Shown: in pieces, positions 50,401-59,702 of the stretch
Layout of the letters: every line of letters starts with the position of its first letter
Position numbering within the stretch: the first letter of the stretch is position 1
Source: a bacterium
Lineage (GTDB): Bacteria > Electryoneota > Electryoneia > Electryoneales > Electryoneaceae
Reading direction: 5' to 3'
NCBI GenBank assembly: GCA_043801585.1
Contig: JAZDLX010000200.1
Location: 18,621 to 82,620, forward strand
DNA length: 64,000 bases
Program-made: the position numbers and the translations under genes
Notes under the pieces: model-generated
Told to the model about the DNA's origin: nothing
Seen by the model: only the letters and a program-made list of their open reading frames with translations
Database searches by the model: none

Positions 50401-50498
50401 TCCGTATCTCCGGTCATGTCGAACGTGAACACGGCGTCTGCATGCTGACCGCCGATACCATCGAACGATTGCCGACGATTGCCCTGCGTGTGGGGTGA
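47433..50498 (+). CDS. dnaE2: Error-prone DNA polymerase III alpha (DnaE2/ImuC-like)
   Basis: PHP domain, GRGSSANS, FERFLNPER..PDIDLDF, HAGG, GLVKIDLL, YSFCKAH, OB fold; GTG overlaps the imuB stop. Confidence 0.88.
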   Translation: MKRRRTQGTPPMLHVQTPYSFYEGVGRIEQVVEVARSQNSQTIAFTDRNRVSGLVRGYKTAREAGLRPILGLLLDEPGKPDRYALLWARNLNGYGDLCRLATSRQLEPEFHLVDAISSVGQGTIVAVADCDLLETLRDRLAPGTFFANLRAFSTRQQRIRALKTYDHARALGIPVVATSPITSATVEQASLARLLRAIGERRVLQQGKDDPVYSLDDPDIVQRCFRNVPDALDNAHLIARECDVDLRLGELKFPAPLLPEGTDPFAELRHRSEEGLRRRYGPVPPEPARERLAYELGVIAHLGFAGYMLVVHDIARDAWGKGIRTLGRGSSANSLVCYCLGLTDICPLKYDLYFERFLNPERSSPPDIDLDFSWRDRDSILHNVYDTYGHDSVAMIATTVTFRARAAFHEAALAHGLPEEEISRITKRIPSFSHVERLEDLPGEVPACRELPLDREPWTSIAREANGLLGLPRHLSIHAGGIVITPGPLTEWTALERASKGYVITQYDMYPVEDLGLVKIDLLSQRSLGVLKDTVEMVERNTGEKPPVSDVEDIFLDPATRSLLREGRSMGCFYVESPGMISLLRKLDCDHFELLVAASSVIRPGVSESGMMQQYIERVRDPSKAEYLHPRMRTLLAETHGVMIYQEDVIKVAHHVAGLSLGRADLLRRAMSGKHRSLDGMIKLKDEFIEGCGKNGVEPEIAREIWRQIASFAGYSFCKAHSASFAVLSMQIAYLKAHHPAEFWASVLANGGGFYSQAAYVEQAKREGVRVLLPDINESGPEPCGRSDAIRIGFASIGALRENTVEQLLDERNRNGTFSSLGDFVRRLHPAIDEVEALISCGTFDSFDINRPTLLRNLRAGFNAYLAGPGPLAVDTEDPFADLPPAKDWSEEEKYLAERRILGFSPGTHPLALLDLPTDNTVSARDMERHEGRRVHMVGWAYTHKRITTRSKRETMEFISMEDLTGTFEVTVFPKTYRRFAPILHGNGPFRISGHVEREHGVCMLTADTIERLPTIALRVG

Positions 50499-50653
50499 TG
50501 CACACGGAACGACCCAACCGATCATGCGTAACAAAGGTAAACACCGGAACCGGGGAAGGATTGCAACAGAACGGTCGGCGTTGCGGATACCCTTGGAAGG
50601 GGTCTATATTCACCCACTTGCAACGTGAAAAGTGCGAAACACGGGATGGTATC

Positions 50654-51670
50654 ATGAAGAAAAATATCGTCGTCACTGTACTCATTCTGCTGGCAGCGCT
50701 TGTGATGATGACCGGACAGGTTCTCGCTCAAACACCGGTAATCGAGAAGAACATGACGCGACTTGCAGAACTCCGCGCGCAGATGGGCAGTGCTTCGCCG
50801 GATCAATACGAACAACTGAAAGCGGAGTACGACAAGCTCAGCACCGAGACAGAAGCGCTTGTCAAGGAGTACAACGCCGATAAGGAATCCAAAGCACGCT
50901 CCGTGTCGTTGTACAACCAGGGAAACGATGCCCTTCGCAGACGCCGTTACAGCGAAGCAGTTAATTACTTTAAGCAGTCCATTCAACTGAATGGAATGGA
51001 ACCGCGCACGCACTACTCCCTCGGGATGGCGTTGCAGTATGAAAAGAAGTATGATGAAGCACTCGGCTCGTTCGACAGGGCTACAAGAATCGACCCCAGC
51101 TACATCAAGGCTTACTATGCCCAGGGTGTTCTACTCAGCCGGATGGGTCGTCTCGATGAAGCTCTCAAGAAGTATCGTGACGCCATTTCGGTGCAGAACG
51201 CCGATCCGAAGGATCTGGGGGAGGTATACGCGGGCATGGGGCTCGTACATTTCCGTCAGAAGAAATATGACGATGCCATCCGCGCTTACGAAAAGGCCGT
51301 GGAAATGGATGCAAGTTCGGCGGATGCCTGGTACAACCTCGGCAAAGCCTACGCCGAGAAGAAGGATTTCAACTCTGCCGTCAACGCAACCCAAAAGGCC
51401 GTCGAACTCGAACCGCGCAACCATAAGTACCTGACCGCACTCGCTGAAAAATACAACCGTCTCGGCAAATACAGCGAGGCGACGACCGCCGCCCAGGCAG
51501 CCACCGGCATTAATTCAAACTACGCGGCAGCATGGTTTGAATTGGGCTGGGCACTGGAAAACCTTGGCAAGAAAGATCAGGCAATCACGGCTTACGAAAA
51601 GGCGTTGAATGACCGTGCCTACCGCCAGTCCGCCGAGTACCAGATCAAGCTTCTAAAGGGCGAATTCTGA
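50654..51670 (+). CDS. Exported tetratricopeptide repeat protein
   Basis: Signal peptide and several canonical TPRs (AWYNLG, AYYAQG, AWFELG). Confidence 0.88.
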   Translation: MKKNIVVTVLILLAALVMMTGQVLAQTPVIEKNMTRLAELRAQMGSASPDQYEQLKAEYDKLSTETEALVKEYNADKESKARSVSLYNQGNDALRRRRYSEAVNYFKQSIQLNGMEPRTHYSLGMALQYEKKYDEALGSFDRATRIDPSYIKAYYAQGVLLSRMGRLDEALKKYRDAISVQNADPKDLGEVYAGMGLVHFRQKKYDDAIRAYEKAVEMDASSADAWYNLGKAYAEKKDFNSAVNATQKAVELEPRNHKYLTALAEKYNRLGKYSEATTAAQAATGINSNYAAAWFELGWALENLGKKDQAITAYEKALNDRAYRQSAEYQIKLLKGEF

Positions 51671-51689
51671 TTTGGATTAAAGATCATTC

Positions 51690-51724
51690 AGCGCCGGTTC
51701 CGGTTATAGGGACCGGCGTTTTTT
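51690..51724 (+). terminator. Rho-independent terminator
   Basis: GCGCCGGTTCC/GGGACCGGCGT followed by a T-run. Confidence 0.75.
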
Positions 51725-51740
51725 ACACCCAGGGTGCATC

Positions 51741-52361
51741 ATGTCTCAATCTGAACGGAACAGATCCCGATCACTGGAGCTATCCTTCGTCGTTGCCGCA
51801 CTGGTTGCCCGGCGCAACGATCTTGTGCGCGAATCCATCGAAACGCTCCGCGCTCAAGGCGTCAGCCGGGAAGCCGTGCGCGAAATGATCCTCCAGAGTT
51901 ACCTCCATGATGGATATGCAACCGCGCTGGAGGGAATGACCTTCCTTGCGGAAGTCTGGCCCGGCGACCCTGACCCCGTGGATGATCCAAACTGCGACAA
52001 TTACAAGGTGTGGCGTGATCGGGGGGAAAAGCTTTTTCGTGAGGTTTACGGTGACGTTGCCGATCGTGCCAGGAGCAACATCGCGGAAATCAGTCCGGAA
52101 CTGGCCGAATGGATGGTCGTTGAGGGGTACGGCAAGGTACTCAGTCGTGGAATTCTTGATACTCCGACCCGTGAACTCGGCACCGTCGCGGTGCTCATCA
52201 TGAAACGGCGTTCAAAACAGTTGTTCAGCCATCTGCGTGGAGCGCTGAGAGTGGGTGTTTCGCTGGACGAGTTGAACCTGCTGCTGGACCGGATCGCAGC
52301 GGAATTGAATGCCACCGATGCCGCGCGGGAAGCCAGGGAGCTGCTCGATCAAGTCGCGTGA
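51741..52361 (+). CDS. Carboxymuconolactone decarboxylase (AhpD-like) family protein
   Basis: RGEKLFREVYG, YGKVLSR..LD..TREL, QLFSHLRGALRVG. Confidence 0.82.
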   Translation: MSQSERNRSRSLELSFVVAALVARRNDLVRESIETLRAQGVSREAVREMILQSYLHDGYATALEGMTFLAEVWPGDPDPVDDPNCDNYKVWRDRGEKLFREVYGDVADRARSNIAEISPELAEWMVVEGYGKVLSRGILDTPTRELGTVAVLIMKRRSKQLFSHLRGALRVGVSLDELNLLLDRIAAELNATDAAREARELLDQVA

Positions 52362-52523
52362 ACACTGCCAATATTATGCCTATATGGCAGAATTCTGACA
52401 GCACGGCGGGTGTTGCGGAGCTACAGTGTCTTATCAATCCCCGTGAATCTCAATCCCCGCTTTCTTCATGTCCGTTGAAAGTCCCGAAGATCCTTTTCAG
52501 GATAATCTTGTAAGTGCAAAAAT

Positions 52524-52536
52524 AATCAAATAATTA
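52524..52536 (+). promoter_or_regulatory. IHF-binding consensus site
   Basis: AATCAA-ATAA-TTA matches WATCAANNNNTTR, in an AT-rich patch. Confidence 0.55.
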
Positions 52537-52616
52537 TAATGTCAGTTTCGTTTCTGGAAAATCTGCCCACGCGAGGCATTTCGCCGTTCCTGAAGACAAT
52601 TTGCAACGGCTTGAGG

Positions 52617-52632
52617 TGGCACAGCTGTTGCA
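52617..52632 (+). promoter_or_regulatory. Sigma54 -24/-12 promoter upstream of dnaK
   Basis: TGGCAC-AGCTG-TTGCA, consensus match. Confidence 0.75.
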
Positions 52633-52714
52633 TACCTTACTTCCGATAAATGTTGCTAATGCCGGCAATCAAGGCGAAACATTCAGAAAACATGAACCAT
52701 AAACAGGATGTATC

Positions 52715-54625
52715 ATGAGCAAGATCATTGGCATTGACCTCGGAACCACAAATTCCGTTGTATCGGTGATGGAAGGTGGCGAGCCTGTCGTTATTCAGAA
52801 TGCCGAAGGCTCGCGCACAACGCCGTCGGTCGTCGCCTTCGCGAAATCCGGCGAACGTCTTATCGGTGCACCCGCGAAACGCCAGGCAATCACCAATCCT
52901 GAAAACACGGTGTATTCAATCAAGCGTTTCATGGGCCGCCGCAAGGACGAAGTGGGCACGGAGATCACTGAAGTGCCTTACAGGGTTTCTGCGAACAAGA
53001 ACGGCCTTGCCCAGGTGGAAATCGGCGACAAGACCTACACACCACCGGAAATTTCCGCGATGATCCTCCAGAAACTGAGACAGGCGGCAGAGGATTATCT
53101 GGGCGAGAAGGTGGACCGTGCGGTGATCACCGTTCCGGCCTACTTCAACGACTCGCAGCGTCAAGCGACCAAGGACGCCGGTGAGATCGCCGGGCTGAAG
53201 GTGGAGCGGATCATCAACGAACCGACAGCCGCGTCTCTCGCTTACGGCCTCGATAAAAAGAAAGACGAGAAGATCGCCGTGTTCGACCTCGGCGGTGGAA
53301 CATTCGACATCTCGATCCTCGACATCGGCGATGGCGTCTTCGAAGTCAAATCGACGAACGGCGACACACATCTCGGCGGTGACGATTTCGATCAGCGAAT
53401 CATAGACTGGTTGGCTGAGGAGTTCAAGAAAGACAACGGCATCGACCTGAAAAGGGATAAGATGGCTCTGCAGCGGTTGAAAGAGGCCGCTGAAAAGGCA
53501 AAAATCGAGCTCTCGTCATCGACACAGACCCAGATCAACCTGCCTTTCATCACGGCGAACCAGGATGGCCCGGTGCACCTCGACATGACCTTGAGCCGTG
53601 CCAAACTCGAATCCCTCGTCGCGGACCTGATCGAACGCAGCATCGATCCGTGCAAGCGTGCGTTGAAAGACGCGAAACTCTCGATCAAGGACATCGACGA
53701 AGTGATTCTCGTAGGTGGTTCCACCCGTATTCCCGCGATCCAGGAAGAGGTCGAGAAGTTCTTCCAGCGGAAACCTCACAAGGGCGTCAATCCGGACGAG
53801 GTGGTCGCGGTCGGGGCTGCGATTCAGGGCGGTATTCTCGCCGGCGACGTTCAGGACGTGGTCCTGCTCGATGTCACTCCGCTTTCTCTCGGCATCGAGA
53901 CCCTGGGGGGGGTTATGACCCGTCTGATCGAGGCGAATACAACAATTCCGTCGAAGAAGACCGAAATATTCAGCACCGCCGCCGATAGCCAGACCACGGT
54001 GGACATCCACGTCCTCCAGGGCGAGCGTCCGATGGCAGCCGACAATAAAACGATCGGACGTTTCCAGTTGACAGGGATTCCACCCGCACCGCGTGGCATC
54101 CCGCAGATTGAAGTCAGCTTCGACATCGATGCCAACGGTATCCTTTCGGTGGGCGCCAAGGACAAGGCAACGAACAAAGAGCAGTCAATCAAAATCGAGG
54201 CGTCATCCGGTCTCTCAAAGGGCGACGTTGAAAAGATGAGGGAAGAGGCGAAAAAACACGCCAGCGAAGACAAACATCGCCGTGAAGAGGTTGACACGCG
54301 CAACGAGGCGGACGCCCGTGCCCATCAGTCCCGCAAACAGCTCGAGGAACTGAAGGATCAGATCCGGGAAGAGGATCGGAAGGCTATCGAGGAGAAGATC
54401 GAGAAGATCGAGCAGGTTCTGAAAAGCGGCACCAGCGCCGAGATCAAAGCCGCCAACGAAGATCTGACCAAAACCTGGTCTGATGTGTCAACACGGCTGT
54501 ACCAGCAGGCTGGTGCTCAGGCCGGTGCCGAAAGCGCAACCGACGACTCAGGTAAGAAAAAGGACGAACCTGACGTCGAAACAGCCGACTACGAAGTCGT
54601 GGACGAGGATGACGACAAGAAGTGA
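52715..54625 (+). CDS. dnaK: Molecular chaperone DnaK
   Basis: [53 protein letters not shown]. Confidence 0.99.
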   Translation: MSKIIGIDLGTTNSVVSVMEGGEPVVIQNAEGSRTTPSVVAFAKSGERLIGAPAKRQAITNPENTVYSIKRFMGRRKDEVGTEITEVPYRVSANKNGLAQVEIGDKTYTPPEISAMILQKLRQAAEDYLGEKVDRAVITVPAYFNDSQRQATKDAGEIAGLKVERIINEPTAASLAYGLDKKKDEKIAVFDLGGGTFDISILDIGDGVFEVKSTNGDTHLGGDDFDQRIIDWLAEEFKKDNGIDLKRDKMALQRLKEAAEKAKIELSSSTQTQINLPFITANQDGPVHLDMTLSRAKLESLVADLIERSIDPCKRALKDAKLSIKDIDEVILVGGSTRIPAIQEEVEKFFQRKPHKGVNPDEVVAVGAAIQGGILAGDVQDVVLLDVTPLSLGIETLGGVMTRLIEANTTIPSKKTEIFSTAADSQTTVDIHVLQGERPMAADNKTIGRFQLTGIPPAPRGIPQIEVSFDIDANGILSVGAKDKATNKEQSIKIEASSGLSKGDVEKMREEAKKHASEDKHRREEVDTRNEADARAHQSRKQLEELKDQIREEDRKAIEEKIEKIEQVLKSGTSAEIKAANEDLTKTWSDVSTRLYQQAGAQAGAESATDDSGKKKDEPDVETADYEVVDEDDDKK

Positions 54626-54653
54626 TCCTCGCAGACCACTCAATTGAACGATC

Positions 54654-54686
54654 AAGCCCGCTGTCTGACAGACAACGGGCTTTTTT
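54654..54686 (+). terminator. Rho-independent terminator of dnaK
   Basis: AAGCCCG(C)TGTC/GACA(A)CGGGCTT followed by a T-run. Confidence 0.75.
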
Positions 54687-54696
54687 GTGAATAGAC

Positions 54697-54787
54697 TTAA
54701 GGGGACACACTACTTAATTCATTTCCAATGACTTAACAAATTGTTTATTATCGATATAGAATAGAATTAAGTAATGTGTCCCCTTAA
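54697..54787. mobile_element. MITE/REP-like element with 24-bp terminal inverted repeats
   Basis: TTAAGGGGACACACTACTTAATTC / GAATTAAGTAATGTGTCCCCTTAA (23 of 24 match), AT-rich 43-nt core, no ORF. Confidence 0.6.
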
Positions 54788-54802
54788 TTCACACCGATAA
54801 TG

Positions 54803-56047
54803 TCAACCCTGCGGCTCTTCGCTTGGCTGTTCCGTCGGACCCGCAAGCACCTTTTCAGCAATCCGTCTGCCGAGTTCCGCGCAGGCCTCCAGGTCGTCGG
54901 GTCCCGGGACATACTGCACTTTCAGCGGATCCTCGAACAGTTCGATGCCCATCGTTTCAAGCTCCTCCGCCAGTTTCTTGTGTACCGCAGGACTCCAGCC
55001 GAAGGAACCGAAAGCGACCCCCGGAATGGTGGGTTTTGACGGGCGCAATCCCTTGACATAGGTAAGGGCATCAGCGATGGTGGGGAAGATGCCTCCGTTC
55101 AAGCTGGGGCTGCCGACGATGAAGGCCGAGGCTTCCAGCAATTCCGTCGCCACATCGGTGCGGTGCGACTTGCTCAACGGCAACACCTTCACCGACATCC
55201 CAGCCTGTCCCAGTCCTTCCGCAATCGCCCGTCCCATTTTCGCCGTGGACCCCCACATGGTGTCGAAGAGGACCACCGCTTTCTTGCCGTGAGGTGTCCC
55301 GGAAGCCCAACGGTCGTACCAGTCGAGGACGGTATCCAGATCCCGCCGCCACAGCGGACCGTGATCGGGAGCGATGATCCCAATCGGACGGCCGAAACCG
55401 CGCAGCTTCTTCATCACACCCTGGACCGCTTTCGAGGTCGGCCACAGGATGTTCGCGTAGTATTTAGCGGTTTCAAGGCGAATCAGGGCTGGATCGAGTT
55501 CATCCGCCCATCTCTCCGTGGAGGCGACGTGCATTCCGAAGGCGTCATTGCTGAAAAGGATCCCGCCTTCGAGATCGAAATAGGTGAACATGCTGTCCGG
55601 CCAATGCACCATCGTGGACATGATGAAGGTGAGCGTCGCCTGACCGATGGAAAGCTGCTGGCCCTCGACGACCGCCTGCAGTTCAAAATCCGGGTTGAGG
55701 TGCCGTTTCAGGGCGTCCACTCCCTTCGCGGATGCGTAAACCGCCTCCGGCTGGATCTCACGATAGGTGGAGATCAGCGCTCCGCTGTGATCCATCTCCG
55801 AATGGTTCGAAACGATGATGTCGATCTCCCCGGGATCGATGACGGAACGGATTCGACTCATCATTTCGTCGTAGAAGGGGGCTTTGACCGTGTCGATCAG
55901 CACGTTTTTCTCGTCCAGAACGAGAAAAGCGTTGTAGGTGGTGCCCTGCGGAGTTGCGTATCCGTGAAAATCCGCCAATTCCCAATCGACCCCACCAACC
56001 CAATACACGTTTTCAGCGACTTTTCTGGCTTGGAATTCTGCTTTCAT
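54803..56047 (-). CDS. fprA: Flavodiiron protein (FprA/A-type flavoprotein)
   Basis: GTTYNAFL, NHSEMDHSG, HWPDSM, SNDAFGMH, PDHG; flavodoxin TMWGST, GSP, GSFGWS. Confidence 0.93.
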   Translation of the reverse strand: MKAEFQARKVAENVYWVGGVDWELADFHGYATPQGTTYNAFLVLDEKNVLIDTVKAPFYDEMMSRIRSVIDPGEIDIIVSNHSEMDHSGALISTYREIQPEAVYASAKGVDALKRHLNPDFELQAVVEGQQLSIGQATLTFIMSTMVHWPDSMFTYFDLEGGILFSNDAFGMHVASTERWADELDPALIRLETAKYYANILWPTSKAVQGVMKKLRGFGRPIGIIAPDHGPLWRRDLDTVLDWYDRWASGTPHGKKAVVLFDTMWGSTAKMGRAIAEGLGQAGMSVKVLPLSKSHRTDVATELLEASAFIVGSPSLNGGIFPTIADALTYVKGLRPSKPTIPGVAFGSFGWSPAVHKKLAEELETMGIELFEDPLKVQYVPGPDDLEACAELGRRIAEKVLAGPTEQPSEEPQG

Positions 56048-56270
56048 GGTTCTGTTTGACCTTGCAAGTTTCTGGTTCCGCGATTCAGCAATAGTGAGTA
56101 AGATACAACGGGGAACGATGCTACCGTTGCACCCGGGGAAATCGCCCCGAGAGCGTTGGCTGCTCCGTCAATTATCTTTCCAGAATACACGCTATCGACA
56201 AGACCCCTCCGTACACTATCTTTCCGCACGGACAGCACCCGAGAGATTACTTGAAGAGGAGTATGTAACC

Positions 56271-56645
56271 ATGCCTGGTAAACAGGGATACCCAATAACT
56301 GCCAAGATGTGCATGACAAAGGATGTCGGTACCCACGGCAACCTATTTGGTGGCATCATGATGTCCTGGATGGACGAGTCAGCCGCTATTTTCACCCGCG
56401 AGTACACCGGTGAATCCCACGTTGTTACCGTTCGCTTCAGCGAGATCGTGTTCAAACATCCGGTAAAAGTCGGTCAGATTGTTCGGTTTTTCGCCACCAA
56501 ACCGAAACTGGGAAAATCCAGCATTACCTTTGATATTTCAGGTATAGTTGACGCGACAACAGTCGTCCATACAACCTGTACCTTCGTTGCGTTGGATGAA
56601 AAAGGGATGCCGAAACAGGTGTCAAAGTCGCCGCAATTTGAATAG
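56271..56645 (+). CDS. Acyl-CoA thioesterase (hotdog fold, YciA-like)
   Basis: DVGTHGNLFGGIMMSWMDE, VVTV, FKHPVKVG, TFVALDE; SD GAGGAG. Confidence 0.9.
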   Translation: MPGKQGYPITAKMCMTKDVGTHGNLFGGIMMSWMDESAAIFTREYTGESHVVTVRFSEIVFKHPVKVGQIVRFFATKPKLGKSSITFDISGIVDATTVVHTTCTFVALDEKGMPKQVSKSPQFE

Positions 56646-56954
56646 TGCCTGCAATTGCATTCTGCGGATGTCTGAGTAGCCTGCTCAATCAAACGATCTC
56701 GAAGAATCGAAAACACGAATCGATCGTCAACAAACCCAACATCGCTCGCACTGAAAAACCAATTGAAACAGAATGTGTTGTGATTAGTAACGCATTAGAT
56801 AATAGATAGATAGACGTGTTGCTCCAGCGAGCATTCGATGTTCTTGTCGATGCAATTATCATGGATATGCGCAATAGGGAATGCCGCAGTTCCTGTTTAC
56901 TCCCTCTCCGTTCGCCACGAGCGGATTCACTCCGACACAACTCTGAAAAAACGG

Positions 56955-57071
56955 ATCCTGAACGAAGCGGCTGTCCCGATCCGTCAGGGAAGGATCTTTC
57001 ACCGTGAGTACCTCGAGAACGTTAGAGAGTACCACGTCGAGAGATCCCTCCGGCTTCGCCGTCAGGATGAC
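56955..57071. repeat. REP-like palindromic element
   Basis: Left arm ATCCTGAACGAAGC...GAAGGATCT, right arm AGATCCCTCCGGCTTCGCCGTCAGGATGAC. Confidence 0.6.
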
Positions 57072-57186
57072 AATAAATTCCCCATCAGGATGACTAGAAA
57101 TTCGCCGTCAGGATGACAATAAATGCGCCGATAAGATGACTGGAAATGCGGGGTCAGGATGACGAAGGATGCAGCGTCAGGATGAC
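57057..57186. repeat. Tandem array, 6 x 23 bp, core TCAGGATGAC
   Basis: Units start at 57057, 57080, 57103, 57126, 57149 and 57172. Confidence 0.92.
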
Positions 57187-57215
57187 ACTCCAGCCAGTCC
57201 GGACCCTTGAACCTG

Positions 57216-58463
57216 CTACAGAATCCTCCACACGATGTAGACCACTCCGAGCGTTGTGCCGAAGACGATTCCCAGCCAGCTCAACACAATCATCGCCCTG
57301 CCGGGCCGTGCTTCCGGCGGCATACTCCCGGAAGTGACGACGCGAAGGTTCAGATAGCCGAGTATTGGCGCGGTGAGGAAGGAAAGTGTGGTGGCGACAT
57401 CCACCATGAAGGTCAGTCCGCCTTTCAGCACCGTCAACAGCAGCAGGGCGCCAGCCATCACGATCGCCATCCAGATCCAATAGAGTCCGTTCTGCTCCTC
57501 GCCTGAAAATCGTTTGGGAAGGATGATATGTGTCAATCGCCGCAGCACACGGGGAAAGGCGTCAGCACAGGTGAGAGTCGTGCTGAACATTGTTGTAAAC
57601 GCTGCAATCAGGATAATCGGCCGCGACCACTCGCCGAGTGTCCGTGTATAAAGTCCTATCAGTTGTGCGGCGAAACCGGCGCCGGATGAGGAGAAGGTTT
57701 CGCCCGTCCCGTACATCACCAATGTCCCGAGCAAAAGGAAGAAAAGAGCGATAATCGCAGTCCCGAAATACCCGATGTTGAAATCAATCAACGCTTCCCG
57801 GACGGTTGGCTGGTGGGAGGTCTGCTTTGCCCGTTCCAGCGTCCACAGGGAGTGCCAGACGGAGATGTCGATGGCCGAAGGCATCCATCCGATCAACGCC
57901 ACAAGGAAACTGACACCCGCCATCGTCCAGACGTGTGGAGCGATGAAGTTCGTTTCTGGTCGAGCGGGATGCCGTAAAGCGATCGTCACAGCGGCAAGCG
58001 ATGAAACCGTCAGTACGACAATGATCGCTTTGACAAGGGTGTCAAGCGCCGGAAATTTCCCAAAAAAGAGGAGCGCAGCGGAAAACACCATGATTAAAAC
58101 GGTGTATTGCAAGGGTGACAATGCAGGGCTGAAAAGCTGGGTCGCGATGGAGGCGGTAACGATGGTGACCGCCGCCATGATCGAAAACGTGGTGCCGATG
58201 GAAACCACCGCATAAAGGGCGATCGGCCCCTTTCCGAGACGACGATACCCTTCCAGCAGGCTCTCTCCGGTGGCCGAGGCGTACCGCGGTCCGTATTCAA
58301 AAAAGGGATACTTGAAGAGATTAGCGAGAAGGATCGCCCAGATGAGGGAATAGCCATAGACTGCGCCAGCCCTTGTGGACTGGACGAGGTGGGATACGCC
58401 AATTGCCGCAGCAGCCCACAGCAATCCCGGTCCAATGCTTTTCCAGACAGGTTTCCTGTTCAT
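57216..58463 (-). CDS. NRAMP/APC-superfamily membrane transporter
   Basis: GPGLLWAAAAIGVSHLVQSTRAGA.YG, KYPFFE, GWMP, TMFSTT; many TM segments; SD AGGAGG. Confidence 0.85.
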   Translation of the reverse strand: MNRKPVWKSIGPGLLWAAAAIGVSHLVQSTRAGAVYGYSLIWAILLANLFKYPFFEYGPRYASATGESLLEGYRRLGKGPIALYAVVSIGTTFSIMAAVTIVTASIATQLFSPALSPLQYTVLIMVFSAALLFFGKFPALDTLVKAIIVVLTVSSLAAVTIALRHPARPETNFIAPHVWTMAGVSFLVALIGWMPSAIDISVWHSLWTLERAKQTSHQPTVREALIDFNIGYFGTAIIALFFLLLGTLVMYGTGETFSSSGAGFAAQLIGLYTRTLGEWSRPIILIAAFTTMFSTTLTCADAFPRVLRRLTHIILPKRFSGEEQNGLYWIWMAIVMAGALLLLTVLKGGLTFMVDVATTLSFLTAPILGYLNLRVVTSGSMPPEARPGRAMIVLSWLGIVFGTTLGVVYIVWRIL

Positions 58464-58682
58464 TCGATCCCTCCTTTCAGGCGAACCGTTTCGGGGAAGG
58501 TAGATTCCACATCCTGGAACGACAAGTTCCTGTTCTGCCGAAACCATCCGAGCAGCACGCCGTTGGGAGACGCTTTCCTGAAGCGTGTGATCGAACGTCA
58601 ATCACCGGGAGCGTTTCGCCGGGACTCAGCAGGATGTACATTGCCAGCATTCCATCAGGTCAACTACAAGGGAAGGAAGACG

Positions 58683-59702
58683 ATGAAGATCCCCTACAAA
58701 ACAGTCGCATTCGGAACGGATATCATCCGGATTCCGGATTTCGGCCTGATCTTCAGAAGAAGCGGGTTCTGGCTGATCGCCCTGATCATTCTCATCTGGC
58801 TGGCGAGTGGCGTGTATATGATTGGTCCGGACGAAGTCGGAGTCATTCGTACCTTCGGCAAATACACCCGCATCTCAACATCAGGGCTGAATTACCGGCT
58901 GCCATGGCCGGTAGAAAGTGTGGATCGACCGAAAATCACCGAGATCAAGCGCATCGAGATCGGGTTCCGGATGGATCATCGCACAGGCAAATTCGTCCAA
59001 GTCCCGGAAGAATCGCTGATGCTCACCGGCAGCCTGAACATCGTGGACATGAACCTGATCGTGCAGTACAAAATCAGCGATCCGGTCCGGTACCTCTTCC
59101 TTGTGCGCGACGTTCCGACAACCGTACGTGTCGCCACCGAAGCTGTAATCCGGCAGGTTGTCGGTCAGCACACCATCGACGAAGCACTGACTACGGGCAA
59201 AGGAGTGATCCAGGCGGAGTCGGTGATCATGCTCCAGCATATCCTCGACAGCTACGAGTGCGGAGTCACGATCAACCAGGTACAGCTTCAGGACGTGCTG
59301 CCACCCGATGAGGTGGCGGAGGCATTTCGCGAGGTCGCGTCCGCCAAGGAGGACAAGGCGCGCCTGATCAACGAAGCGCAGGGATACGCAAACGATAATG
59401 TCCCCAAGGCTCGTGGACAAGGCGCCGAGATGGTCCTCCAGGCCGAGGCGTTCGCCGCGGAGAGGGTCAAACGTTCCCAGGGTGAAGCAGAAAACTTCCT
59501 GGCGGTGATGAAGGCTTATCACAGCGCACCGGATGTGACGCGCAAACGGATGCTGCTGGAAACCATGGAAGTGGTCCTTCCCGGGTTGAACAAGTACATC
59601 CTTCAGACCAACCAGGGGAGCGACCTGATCAACGTCATCGGCCCCGGCCTGGTGAAACCGGATGGTGGAACGAGCACCAAAACGCAGGGAGGTTCGCGAT
59701 GA
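58683..59702 (+). CDS. hflK: FtsH protease modulator HflK
   Basis: TM plus SPFH domain; MLTG..NIV, QDVLPP.EV..AF, INEAQGYAN..VPKARG, PDVTRKRM.LETME. Confidence 0.93.
   Translation: MKIPYKTVAFGTDIIRIPDFGLIFRRSGFWLIALIILIWLASGVYMIGPDEVGVIRTFGKYTRISTSGLNYRLPWPVESVDRPKITEIKRIEIGFRMDHRTGKFVQVPEESLMLTGSLNIVDMNLIVQYKISDPVRYLFLVRDVPTTVRVATEAVIRQVVGQHTIDEALTTGKGVIQAESVIMLQHILDSYECGVTINQVQLQDVLPPDEVAEAFREVASAKEDKARLINEAQGYANDNVPKARGQGAEMVLQAEAFAAERVKRSQGEAENFLAVMKAYHSAPDVTRKRMLLETMEVVLPGLNKYILQTNQGSDLINVIGPGLVKPDGGTSTKTQGGSR

Noticed and set aside
38739..50498. Genomic island integrated at tRNA-Leu
   Set aside because: No integrase, and I found no duplicated tRNA 3' end (att site) or compositional break
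56646..56950. Gene or ncRNA in the gap after the thioesterase
   Set aside because: The short ORFs lack SD and motifs, and I could not identify a convincing structure or terminator
57057..57186. CRISPR array
   Set aside because: The period is only 23 bp, the linkers are short and related to each other rather than unique 30-40 nt spacers, and no cas genes are present
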